From contig JBEPZU010000003.1 of assembly GCA_041640715.1 (NCBI GenBank), forward strand, positions 12,826 through 76,825: DNA of 64,000 bases, given 5' to 3'. Under the pieces are notes generated by a model. It was not told the DNA's origin. It ran no database searches and saw only the letters and a list, made by a program, of their open reading frames with translations. This document shows, one piece after another, positions 40,243 through 49,599 of the stretch; within the stretch, counting starts at the first letter, position 1, and every line of letters begins with the position of its first letter. Both the position numbers and the translations under genes were made by a program. The stretch is from Thermoproteota archaeon. GTDB lineage: Archaea; Thermoproteota; Thermoprotei; Gearchaeales; Gearchaeaceae.

Positions 40243-40594
40243 ACAGAGATTTTTCATTTAAAGAAAAATTTACTTATAATCGAGATTTAAATATTGTTAT
40301 TTTAAATTATTAATATATTTCTATAGTTTATCCTCGTATAACTTTCCCATCTTTGATTAAATCTATTATTAAGGAGATCTTGTAATATTTCGTGACTTGT
40401 TTCTGCTCTATGAGTTTGATTGATAGGTATTGCAGAAGTAACTACGAAAATGAATGAAAATTAGAGCTGTAATTTCTTCTCAAACATCTTGAATCTTCAA
40501 TGGAAGTATCATAGAATCGATATTAATAGCTTTCTTGTTTACATCGTTAATCAACAATAGGTTAGGTTTTTAAATTATGAGCAAATAAATAAGT

Positions 40595-40888
40595 ATGGTT
40601 TTCACGTTCGAGCAAGCAACTGCTTTAGTTTTGCCATTTATAATAGGGTTCTTGATAGGTTATATACTAAAGCAATCCCTAAAACTATTAGGCGCATTGG
40701 TTGCTTTAGTGCTGATTTTACTATTAGCAGGATATATAAATATAGAGTTTCTTCAATTTGTATTTGCGAATTTGCTAAACTATGGTGCCAATGCTTTAGA
40801 AGCAGCTACAGCTGTAGGAGCGATTCTTCCATTCTCTTCTATGTTATTTATAATAGGTGTAGCTTTAGGTTTCTTGATATCTAAGTGA
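40595..40888 (+). CDS. Small membrane protein (2-3 TM) co-transcribed with dinB.
   Basis: 97 aa and hydrophobic. Its stop overlaps the dinB start (ATGA at 40885). Confidence 0.45.
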   Translation: MVFTFEQATALVLPFIIGFLIGYILKQSLKLLGALVALVLILLLAGYINIEFLQFVFANLLNYGANALEAATAVGAILPFSSMLFIIGVALGFLISK

Positions 40889-41982
40889 AGATAATCGCTT
40901 GTGTAGATTTGGATTATTTTTATGCCCAATGCGAGGAAGTATTAAATCCTAGCTTAAAGAATAAGCCAGTAATAGTATGCATTTTCTCAGGTAGAGGAAA
41001 AGAAGGAGGCGCAGTGGCGACTTGTAACTACGTAGCTAGGAAGTACGGCGTGAAGTCTGGGATGGCCATATCTCAAGCTAAAAAGCTACTCGAAGGAGTC
41101 GAGTCTTTCTTCATACCTGCGAGACTAGAGATTTATGAAGAAATCTCGAGGAGGATAATGGGAATAATGCGAAAATATGCAGATAGTTTTGAAGAAGTAA
41201 GCATAGATGAAGCTTTTTTGGACATAACTAAAGCATCAAAGGCAGATTTCGAAGTAGCAAAGGGGTTGATGGAGAAAATGAAAGAAGAAATATTCAAGAA
41301 AGAAAATTTAACGTGCTCTGTAGGAATCTCTTTTTCTAAAGTAATAGCTAAGATTGCCTCTGGTTTGAATAAACCTAACGGGTTGGTTGTGATAAGGCCT
41401 GAAGATTTGGAAAAGGTCATTTGGCTTCTTCCTGTAGAGGAAATTCCTGGAATAGGGCCTAAGACAAAGGAGATTTTGAACAAGCTTGGACTTTATACAA
41501 TAGGAGATCTAGCAAAAGCGAATGTTTTAACGTTAATTCAAGTATTCGGTAAGAAAACTGCAACTTACCTAAAGCTCGCGGCTGAAGGAAGAGATAAAGA
41601 AGAAGTAAAGCCAGCTGAGAAAGCTAAACAATATAGCAGGATGATAACGCTTAAAGAGAATACGTTAGCTTTAGCGGATATCCTTCCTTATGTGGAATCT
41701 TTATGCAAAGAATTATCTGAAGATCTCAAGATGAATAATAAATTGGCTAAGGGGATAGGTTTAACTGCGATATTAGCAGATCTATCTACCATTTCAAAAA
41801 ACAAAACTTTAGATCAACCTACTAATGATTTCAATAAAATATTCAATACAGCCAAAGATTTACTTCCAGAGCTAATAGCCAAATCCCGAAAGCTCTTCAG
41901 GAGAATATCTGTTAGAGCATATGGTTTAATAGATGTGAGCAATCTTGAAAATCTCGAACATTTCTTAGCTGATAGAATTTAA
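40885..41982 (+). CDS. dinB: Y-family DNA polymerase IV (Dpo4/Dbh-like).
   Basis: 365 aa. MKIIACVDLDYFYAQCEEV, SIDEAFLD and a C-terminal little-finger-like region are present. Confidence 0.9.
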   Translation: MKIIACVDLDYFYAQCEEVLNPSLKNKPVIVCIFSGRGKEGGAVATCNYVARKYGVKSGMAISQAKKLLEGVESFFIPARLEIYEEISRRIMGIMRKYADSFEEVSIDEAFLDITKASKADFEVAKGLMEKMKEEIFKKENLTCSVGISFSKVIAKIASGLNKPNGLVVIRPEDLEKVIWLLPVEEIPGIGPKTKEILNKLGLYTIGDLAKANVLTLIQVFGKKTATYLKLAAEGRDKEEVKPAEKAKQYSRMITLKENTLALADILPYVESLCKELSEDLKMNNKLAKGIGLTAILADLSTISKNKTLDQPTNDFNKIFNTAKDLLPELIAKSRKLFRRISVRAYGLIDVSNLENLEHFLADRI

Positions 41983-42444
41983 TTTTTTGAAGAGTTCAAT
42001 TATTTCTTCCTTGCTAACCCATGGGACTTCTAGGTATTCTAGTATTTCATCTTCGCTCATCCCTAAATTTTTGGCTTCTTCGATAGTGTATTTATACGCT
42101 TCGATTTCTGTGGGTCTCTCTACGTAGGTATAGTTATTATCGAATAGATTCATACCTCTTCTCCATTGTCTAACGTGTATCAACTCATGTAGAATGTCTA
42201 AGTAAAGATACCTTAAGTCTCCTTTCTTAATGTATTCTTTGCAAATGTATATTGAACCATCGCTGTCTTCTACCCACATGTAGCCTTTGCATCTTACAAT
42301 CCTTATTTTCACGTTTTTCTTCATATCTTCGAACTCGGATTTTAATACGTTCTTTACTATCCAAGAATCCTCCAATCCTGAGAATACTTCTTCTAAGCTG
42401 TACTCGCCTTCCTTTAGCTTCCTGTTTATTTTGAAATTCTTCAT
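41965..42444 (-). CDS. Small HExxH zinc metallopeptidase-like protein (SprT/WLM/minimal zincin-like).
   Basis: 159 aa. GSIYICKEYIKKGDLRYLYLDILHELIHV is followed by ERPTEIEAY, a gluzincin-like third ligand. It is convergent with dinB. Confidence 0.5.
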   Translation of the reverse strand: MKNFKINRKLKEGEYSLEEVFSGLEDSWIVKNVLKSEFEDMKKNVKIRIVRCKGYMWVEDSDGSIYICKEYIKKGDLRYLYLDILHELIHVRQWRRGMNLFDNNYTYVERPTEIEAYKYTIEEAKNLGMSEDEILEYLEVPWVSKEEIIELFKKLNSIS

Positions 42445-42476
42445 TTCCTTTATTTACTTTATACCAAATATATAGT

Positions 42477-43334
42477 ATGGATATTTTTATATTCCAACCA
42501 GTTTCTCGAACCACGAAACTTGTGATGCAAGTGGAAGAGGTTCTTGTGAGAACTGAAACTAAATACCAGAAAGTGCTGATTGGCAGACTTAAAGAATATG
42601 GTCTGTCTCTTGTGCTAGATGAATTGCTACAAGTAGCGGAGGCAGATGAAGCATTTTATCATGAATGTTTAGTCCATCCAGCTCTTTTGAGCTTAGAAAA
42701 CCCTGAAAGTGTCTTAATAATAGGAGGAGGTGACGGTTGTGCTCTTAGAGAAGTGCTAAAGCATGATGTCGATGAAGCTACATTGGTTGATATCGACGGA
42801 GAATTAGTAGAACTTTGTAAACAATATTTAAGGAGCATAAATCAAAATTCTCTGAAGGATAGGAGAGTAAGAATAATAATAATGGATGGTAAACTCTTCA
42901 TCGAAAAGCAAGAAAAGAAGTATGATTGTATAATCTCAGATTTAACCGATCCTTATGGTCCTGAAATATCAAGAGAACTCTATTCGAAGAAGTTCTTCGA
43001 AAAAATTTCTACTCTGTTAAGACATGAGGGTATCTTTGTTACTCAGGCCGGATCTGCCTTTTATTATGGTGAAATATATGAAGAAATTTTAAGGAATGCT
43101 GCAAGCGTCTTCAAATACGTTAAGGGCTATGAAGTTTGGGTCCCTTCCTTTGGTTATAGTTGTTCCTTCATAATCGCTTCAAATTCAAAGAACATAGAAG
43201 ATATTAGAGAAGAAAGCATAGAAAAATTGATTGAAAAAAGAAAATTGAAGCTTAGATACTATAACGCTAGTGTTCATTTAAGCTTGCTTAAAAGACCTGT
43301 TTCAAGAAACCCTTTAACGATCTCGAACCTTTAG
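42477..43334 (+). CDS. speE: Spermidine synthase / polyamine aminopropyltransferase.
   Basis: 285 aa. VLIIGGGDGCALREVLKH and IISDLTDP are present. Confidence 0.9.
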   Translation: MDIFIFQPVSRTTKLVMQVEEVLVRTETKYQKVLIGRLKEYGLSLVLDELLQVAEADEAFYHECLVHPALLSLENPESVLIIGGGDGCALREVLKHDVDEATLVDIDGELVELCKQYLRSINQNSLKDRRVRIIIMDGKLFIEKQEKKYDCIISDLTDPYGPEISRELYSKKFFEKISTLLRHEGIFVTQAGSAFYYGEIYEEILRNAASVFKYVKGYEVWVPSFGYSCSFIIASNSKNIEDIREESIEKLIEKRKLKLRYYNASVHLSLLKRPVSRNPLTISNL

Positions 43335-43412
43335 TTTTGCTTTAGGTAGAAGTTCATTGCTAAGACTAGATATTTTTCCCTTGTTTTTGCATTAATTTAT
43401 GTTTTGAAAGCG

Positions 43413-43985
43413 CTAACTTTTATTCATTTTCCAGATTTTTAGTTTTTCATCGTGGATGCCTAAGTATCTAAGGGATCGAGAAACTGATTGGTCTACTAAC
43501 TCTAATATATCCTTAGGCTTAGAATACCAAGGAGGTAATGGAGGGAATATCGTTACGTTAGGTAGTAGGGCTAGCTTTCTTAAATTTTCTAGATGAATAT
43601 AACTTAAAGGTGTTTCTCTTATGACTAATACAAGAGCTCTCTTCTCTTTGATGGAAACATCAGCCGCCCTCAACAATAAATTTGTAGATAAACCGTTTGC
43701 GATTCCTGCTACTGTCTTCATAGAACAAGGCGCTATGATCATACCATCAATTGGATAAGAACCACTAGCTATTGGAGCGTCAAAATCGAATTCATCGTAA
43801 TAAAAGTCACTTAGTTTTATCACATTTTCTTTATCCATTTCCATTTCATCTTTTATTACCTTAAAAGCTGAAGAAGTTACTACTAAATAACTTTCATGTC
43901 CTAGCTCTCTTAATCTTATAAGCGTCCTTATTCCGTATATTGCTCCAGAGGCACCTGATATACCTACTATAATTCTTTTCTTCAA
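43413..43985 (-). CDS. ubiX: Flavin prenyltransferase UbiX/Pad1.
   Basis: 190 aa. MKKRIIVGISGASGAIYGIRTL plus the family-wide fold pattern. Confidence 0.85.
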   Translation of the reverse strand: MKKRIIVGISGASGAIYGIRTLIRLRELGHESYLVVTSSAFKVIKDEMEMDKENVIKLSDFYYDEFDFDAPIASGSYPIDGMIIAPCSMKTVAGIANGLSTNLLLRAADVSIKEKRALVLVIRETPLSYIHLENLRKLALLPNVTIFPPLPPWYSKPKDILELVDQSVSRSLRYLGIHDEKLKIWKMNKS

Positions 43986-44974
43986 AGCTCACTCACCTCT
44001 TTAAGAATATTTTTAATTTCTTTAGCTGTATATCTTTTACCTAATAGCTTATCCAATATTCTAGATTTTAAAGATAATTTAGGTGAGCAACCACATGCAA
44101 AAGGATGTCCTCCTCCATTGAATTTTCTAGCTATAGGAAGCAGGTTTATCTCTTTATTTAATCCTGCATAAAATGAAACAGATCTGTTTGAATATATCAC
44201 TACCGTGAAATCTAGTTTATGCTCTAAGCTTGCATACTTACCGCTTATACTCCCTGGAAGCTTGCTTTTTCTAACATCTATTATCGCATATCTATAACCA
44301 TTTTTTGTGGTAAAGACTTTGAGTTTCTTTACGGTTTCTTTTATTTTACTGTCATTCTTTTCCTCTTTACTTGCCCATTTAATTATTTTTTCATCGTTAA
44401 TCCTTCCTTCGCTTAGAGCCTCAAATACGTATTGTAATCTCTTTTTATTTCTTATAGCTCTGTTTATGTTTATAGTTTCTTTTAAAGAATAGTTAGCGCT
44501 ATCTGCATCGTTAGCTATGATAACTAATTCATTTATCACTTCATCACTACTTTCTAAGGTTTTAGCTACAAGTTCGGCTGCACTTATAGTTGGTTCTACC
44601 ACGATCTTAGTTTTGTTTCTAAGCGTTTCTAGAGCTTTTTCGGTCCATTGATGATGGTCTATCCAAGTTATTTCACAACCAGATTTTATCAATCTATCAA
44701 GATCACTCGCTATAATTCTGAGATATTCATCATTTGGCGACAAATCTGAGATGAAGATCTTTTTGTCATTGACATTAAGAGATGATAAATGAAAGGGTAA
44801 GCTCCTAGGAGAAGAAGGTATGTAAAATCCCTCTTTGTAGTTTCTCTTTATTATTGATGCACAAATTATACCGTCGACATCATCGTGAGAAATTATTATT
44901 ATACTTTGATCTGTAGTTATTTTTCTTTTTTCCTTTCTTTTAATTAATTCTTTTATCTTTGAAAATATTTGCAT
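43982..44974 (-). CDS. DHH/DHHA1-family phosphoesterase (NrnA/RecJ-like).
   Basis: 330 aa. SHDDVDGIICAS is motif I, WIDHHQ is the DHH motif, and GGGHPFACG is the DHHA1 motif. Confidence 0.75.
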   Translation of the reverse strand: MQIFSKIKELIKRKEKRKITTDQSIIIISHDDVDGIICASIIKRNYKEGFYIPSSPRSLPFHLSSLNVNDKKIFISDLSPNDEYLRIIASDLDRLIKSGCEITWIDHHQWTEKALETLRNKTKIVVEPTISAAELVAKTLESSDEVINELVIIANDADSANYSLKETININRAIRNKKRLQYVFEALSEGRINDEKIIKWASKEEKNDSKIKETVKKLKVFTTKNGYRYAIIDVRKSKLPGSISGKYASLEHKLDFTVVIYSNRSVSFYAGLNKEINLLPIARKFNGGGHPFACGCSPKLSLKSRILDKLLGKRYTAKEIKNILKEVSEL

Positions 44975-46410
44975 TAGATGCGAATCAATGAGGCTCTATT
45001 TAAAATTTTAGACATGTAAGGGCCTTCGAGTGAATATCCGAATTTCCTATAATAACCCCTAACACCTATGGCGCTTATTATTACCATTTTGTTTATTCCA
45101 TATTCGAAAAAGGCAATCCTCTCAGCTTCAGCTAAAAGGGCTTTTCCTATTCCTTTGTGCTGCCATGCTTCTTCCATCCTCAATCCCACAGGAACAGCTA
45201 AACCATAAACATGGAGTTCTCTAACGATTGCAGCGCCTTTTGCTTCTTTTTTCCAAGAATTCTCTGGTATTCTTAATCTAAGGTAACCTATTAAGGTCAA
45301 ATCTTCGTCCTCAAAGGACAAGAAGTATTCATTCCCTCCAAGGGTTCTGATTTCCCTTCTAATTAGCTTTATTTTATTCGGCATTTTAATCTTCTCTTTT
45401 ATTTGTCTTATTCCTATTTCCCTACATCTAGTGCAAAGGCACCTTATTCCTTCTTTTTTTAATTTCTTATCGATATACTCTCTCAAATCTCCTCTTTTTA
45501 TACCTGCTATCACTAAGCTAGATGGTAAATCTCTTTGAACCCTGTTTATTCTCACATAAGGGGGGAGGAACTTTGTTACTTCACGCATTATTTCTGCCAC
45601 TTCGTCCTCTTGAATTGGTGAATACTTACCTTCAAGGTATTCTTCATAAAGCTCTGAACCAGGCATGACGAGCGTTGGGTAAATTTTAATCATGTCTGGA
45701 GAAAATCCCTCATTGTAAAATATTGTTCTAAATGTTTCGATGTCTTTTTCTTTATTAGAACCAGGCAGTCCTAGCATTATATGATAACAGACCTCAAACC
45801 CAGCATCTTTGAGTAACTTCGTTGCTTTTATAACTTCTTTAACACCATGGCCTCTCTTTACCCTTTCTAATACATCATCGAAAGTAGATTGAACGCCTAT
45901 CTCTACCCTTGTAACACCTAGTTCTAGTAATTCTTCTAATATTGTTTCATCCAACCAATCAGGTCTTGTTTCAACGGAAATGCCTACGCATTTTATCAAG
46001 GAATTTTCATTTTTGTTTATTTCTTCCTTATAATCAAAGTTTTCATTGTAATTCACTTTAGGAAAGTCATTTAAGGCTTTTACAGCTGAAGCTATAAACC
46101 ACCTTCTATAATTTTTAGGCAAGGCTGTGAAAGTTCCACCTACCACTATTATTTGTGATTTCGAAGGAAAATGACCCATTAGCAAATACTGCTTTAATCT
46201 TTCTATTGTTTGATAGTAGGGATGGAATGCATTCATCGCTGCTCTATTGACCGCTGGTTCTCCTATCAAATAGCTTTTAGGTCCTCCATAATTGGGTCCT
46301 CCGAAGCAATATGTGCATTTTGCTGGGCAATCAAAAGGAGCAGTTACAATAGCAACTACGGATATTCCTGATGCTGCTCTTATTGGTTTCTTTATCTCTT
46401 TTAATTCCAC
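44974..46410 (-). CDS. elp3: Elp3-like radical SAM / GNAT tRNA modification enzyme.
   Basis: 478 aa. The radical SAM motif is CPAKCTYC and the C-terminal GNAT region contains QHKGIGKALLAEAERIA. Confidence 0.85.
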   Translation of the reverse strand: MELKEIKKPIRAASGISVVAIVTAPFDCPAKCTYCFGGPNYGGPKSYLIGEPAVNRAAMNAFHPYYQTIERLKQYLLMGHFPSKSQIIVVGGTFTALPKNYRRWFIASAVKALNDFPKVNYNENFDYKEEINKNENSLIKCVGISVETRPDWLDETILEELLELGVTRVEIGVQSTFDDVLERVKRGHGVKEVIKATKLLKDAGFEVCYHIMLGLPGSNKEKDIETFRTIFYNEGFSPDMIKIYPTLVMPGSELYEEYLEGKYSPIQEDEVAEIMREVTKFLPPYVRINRVQRDLPSSLVIAGIKRGDLREYIDKKLKKEGIRCLCTRCREIGIRQIKEKIKMPNKIKLIRREIRTLGGNEYFLSFEDEDLTLIGYLRLRIPENSWKKEAKGAAIVRELHVYGLAVPVGLRMEEAWQHKGIGKALLAEAERIAFFEYGINKMVIISAIGVRGYYRKFGYSLEGPYMSKILNRASLIRI

Positions 46411-46465
46411 TATTTAAGTTTCATTCTTTGAAGAAATTAATAAGTATTTTAAGAAAAGGAAAAAT

Positions 46466-47392
46466 GTGAAAATAAGGAAATTTAAGTTTTCAGACCTAGC
46501 ATCCTTAGTTAATTTGTACAATAACTTCATGAATTTTGATCCTGATTTCGTAGAGCTAAATGAAGAGAGTTTTAAAGCCAAATTCATAGACATGCCGTTT
46601 TGCTCTAGAGATTTAATTTTCGTTGCAGAACAAGGATCAATATTGGGGTGTATTTTTGCCGATGTAGATCCTTTAATGGAAGAGAAGTTCAAGAAAAGGA
46701 TCGCAGTAATAGATTTATTATTAGCTAAAAGGGAAGTTTTCCATGAAGTTGCTTCATCTCTTTTGGACTATTTAACAGTTAAGTTAAGGGATTTGAAGGT
46801 GGAAGAAATTCAAGTTCATTTCGTAGCAGAAAACCTCGAACAAGAAAACTCATTTTATAGAGAAAATTTCGAGTTGTCTAGGGTGTGGTATTACATGGAA
46901 GCAGAGTCTAGACCTTTTATGTTAGAGGATCTCCCTGAACATTTTTCTTGGCAACATTTGAAATTTAAAGGCAGAAAAGCGAATGCTAGGAAATGGATAG
47001 AATGTTATAACGAAGTCTTCAAAGACCATCCTTATATGAGGCCTTTAAGATATGAGGAACTTAAGATCTATTCTCTTGAAGAGAACTTCGATCCTACGGG
47101 ATACTTTGGTATATTTAAAGATGATGAAAATAAGTTCATAGCTGAATGTTCTTGTGAAGCTGAACCTGCAAAAAACAAAGGAGTGATATGGACAGTTGGT
47201 GTGCTTAAGGAATATAGAAATAGAGGTCTTGGGGAACTTCTAGTTAAAAAAGCCATCGATTGGATTTATAACAAAGGCTTGAAAAAGGCATCCATACACG
47301 TAGATAGTCAAAACGAGATAGCCTTCAAGCTATATTCTAAGCTAGGGTTTAAACCTATAAGGAGGAGGTTATTCTATTCTAAAATCCTCTAG
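46466..47392 (+). CDS. Tandem-GNAT N-acetyltransferase (MshD-like architecture).
   Basis: 308 aa. The C-terminal GNAT has EYRNRGLGELLVKKAIDW...FKLYSKLGF. The N-terminal half has a second, degenerate GNAT-like region. Confidence 0.6.
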   Translation: MKIRKFKFSDLASLVNLYNNFMNFDPDFVELNEESFKAKFIDMPFCSRDLIFVAEQGSILGCIFADVDPLMEEKFKKRIAVIDLLLAKREVFHEVASSLLDYLTVKLRDLKVEEIQVHFVAENLEQENSFYRENFELSRVWYYMEAESRPFMLEDLPEHFSWQHLKFKGRKANARKWIECYNEVFKDHPYMRPLRYEELKIYSLEENFDPTGYFGIFKDDENKFIAECSCEAEPAKNKGVIWTVGVLKEYRNRGLGELLVKKAIDWIYNKGLKKASIHVDSQNEIAFKLYSKLGFKPIRRRLFYSKIL

Positions 47393-48559
47393 TATTCCTG
47401 TAATGCTAGAGAAAATAGAGTAATTTGTTCTAAGTTCTTTAATTGCACTTTCTCCTAGATTCTTCTTTTCTGCATAATCCCTAAGTTCGATCCAATTTTC
47501 TATAGCTTTTCTTACATTCAAATTATTTTCTATATTTTTAAGAAATTTTTTTCTGTAATATATAATTCTTTTTATTATATTTTTGTCATCTTCTCCTTTG
47601 TTTATTTTTATTTTCTTAAGTTTATTTTTTATTTTTTTATAATATTTTAATTTATTTTGATCGAAATTATAATCTTTATTTATTTTCATTGATAAGAAAT
47701 AAATTCTAATATCATCTACATCATATTTCTTGATTATTTCTCTGAAATATATTGTGTTCCCCAACGATTTTGACATTTTTTCTCCCTTGAATTTAAGTAA
47801 ACCGGTATGAAGGAAATTCCTAGATACAGGATATTCTCCTTTAAAATATTCTCCTAAAGTTAATATGTATTCGTGATGCGGAAATATCAAATCCTTAGCT
47901 CCTATATGCAAATCGCAATAGCCGCCTAAAACATAGTTTATTACCGTGAAATCTTGAAGATGCCATCCTATCATTCTTCTTCCAAAGCTCGTGTTTATTT
48001 CGCCATCTTTCAATGAATACCATAGCTTAAAGTCTGCTGGATTTCTTTTGTTCTCAGCAGGTTCTAATAAAACATTTAGTATTCTTTGTTTATCAATTCC
48101 TGAAAGTTTTCCTATGTTATTTGAAAGTGAAATATCGCAATATATTCCTTCTTCGAGTTCATAGGAATAGCCTTTTTTCATAAGATCTTGTATTATTCGC
48201 TTCGATTCCTCTGAAAGCTCAGAAGGTTTTATTGGAATGAAGTGCTTTATTCCTAGAACTTTCAAATCTTCATTTATTCTTCTGAAATATCTTTCTACTA
48301 TTTCGTTTTCATCGATTTTTTCTTGAATAGCTCTTTCTATTATTTTTATGTCCATATCGGTGAAATTGATAACGAAGATGGTTTCATAACCCTTGAATCT
48401 AAAGTATCTATTGATTAGGTCTGCTATTAACAGGACTCTTAAATGCCCTAGATGAAGATCATCATAAAGAGTAGGGCCGCAGACGAATATCTTTATGGAA
48501 TTTTCAAGGGGCTTGAACTTTTCGAATTTTCCGTGAATTCTATTGTATAATCTGAGCAT
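47369..48559 (-). CDS. Cysteinyl-tRNA synthetase-family class I ligase; short form with the zinc-site Cys replaced.
   Basis: 396 aa. FVCGPTLYDDLHLGHL is the HIGH region, HIGAKDLIFPHHE and EKMSKSLGN are present, and WHLQDF stands where CysRS has WHIECS. Only ~128 aa follow KMSKS. Confidence 0.7.
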   Translation of the reverse strand: MLRLYNRIHGKFEKFKPLENSIKIFVCGPTLYDDLHLGHLRVLLIADLINRYFRFKGYETIFVINFTDMDIKIIERAIQEKIDENEIVERYFRRINEDLKVLGIKHFIPIKPSELSEESKRIIQDLMKKGYSYELEEGIYCDISLSNNIGKLSGIDKQRILNVLLEPAENKRNPADFKLWYSLKDGEINTSFGRRMIGWHLQDFTVINYVLGGYCDLHIGAKDLIFPHHEYILTLGEYFKGEYPVSRNFLHTGLLKFKGEKMSKSLGNTIYFREIIKKYDVDDIRIYFLSMKINKDYNFDQNKLKYYKKIKNKLKKIKINKGEDDKNIIKRIIYYRKKFLKNIENNLNVRKAIENWIELRDYAEKKNLGESAIKELRTNYSIFSSITGILEDFRIE

Positions 48560-48595
48560 AAGCGGATTTATTTCTTTAGTTAATTAAATTTTATA

Positions 48596-48838
48596 ATGAA
48601 GTTAGTTTTAAAGAACGAGAAGGATCTCTTGAGATACATTTCTTCTTTGAATGTAGATGAAGGTTTAAGGATATTTCAAGGAGATTTTGAGTTCATCATA
48701 ACTAGGTATGACTTGAATTTCTACCTCGAAGTAAGGTTTAAAAATGGAGTATCTAAATTCATCTATAAAACTGAAAATGAAGTTTTAACTAAATTAAAAG
48801 AATTTTTAATTTTCCCTCTAACTATAGAATTTTATTAA
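48596..48838 (+). CDS. Hypothetical small protein.
   Basis: 80-aa ORF with no motifs; it sits between convergent neighbours. Confidence 0.3.
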   Translation: MKLVLKNEKDLLRYISSLNVDEGLRIFQGDFEFIITRYDLNFYLEVRFKNGVSKFIYKTENEVLTKLKEFLIFPLTIEFY

Positions 48839-48842
48839 AACT

Positions 48843-49571
48843 TCATCGATACAATCTTTGGCATCTAGGGCAGAAGTAGGATATCCTTCTCAAACTACCT
48901 AATCGCTTTACTTTAATCTTGGTGCCGCAGAATAGGCAATTTTTTCGTCCATAAATCATCGTGAAGCTAAAAAGGTTTAACCCATCCTTTCTAGCCTTAT
49001 AGAAGATCTTGCAAAAATCACGCATCCATCCAAGCATAAATCTAAGCTTTTCCTCTTTTATTTTCTCTATTTTTGAAGCTGGATGTATCCTAGCAGCGAA
49101 CAATGCCTCGTTTTTTATTATGTTTCCTACTCCTGGAAGTATGCTTTGGTCGAGCAAAATATCACAAACGTATCCTTTTCTCTTTTTCAATCTTGCCAAT
49201 ACTTTTTCAGGATTCCAATCTTTTGCTAATATGTCTTTAGCGTTAGCTCTGAAGTATTTGACAAATTTAACTGAACAATTATAAAAATAAACTTTGTTAT
49301 TTGTTTCTATGGATAATCTTATTCTTTTTTCATCTTTGGTTATTTTATTTATGGAATAACTTCCATACATAAGAAAGTGTATTTTTATAAACCCTAGACC
49401 TTTTATTTTTATTAATAGATTTTTTCCATGACTGTATATTTTTTCAATTTCTTTATTCAGCAATTCTTCAAAATTTATATTTCTAGTTCTGCCCCATGCT
49501 TTTTTGATTACTTCTCCTTTGAATATTTCATTTAGTTTTTCAGCAAGCGCTTTTACACTCGGGCCTTCCAC
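48843..49571 (-). CDS. Fpg/Nei-family DNA glycosylase with a non-canonical N-terminus.
   Basis: 242 aa. The H2TH motif is LLDQSILPGVGNIIKNEALFAARIHP and the C-terminal zinc finger is CLFCG...CPRCQ. The start is GTG, giving M-E-G-P-S-V instead of M-P-E-L-P-E-V. Confidence 0.75.
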   Translation of the reverse strand: MEGPSVKALAEKLNEIFKGEVIKKAWGRTRNINFEELLNKEIEKIYSHGKNLLIKIKGLGFIKIHFLMYGSYSINKITKDEKRIRLSIETNNKVYFYNCSVKFVKYFRANAKDILAKDWNPEKVLARLKKRKGYVCDILLDQSILPGVGNIIKNEALFAARIHPASKIEKIKEEKLRFMLGWMRDFCKIFYKARKDGLNLFSFTMIYGRKNCLFCGTKIKVKRLGSLRRISYFCPRCQRLYR

Positions 49572-49599
49572 TCTTATTTCCTTATTAAAAATGTAAGTT

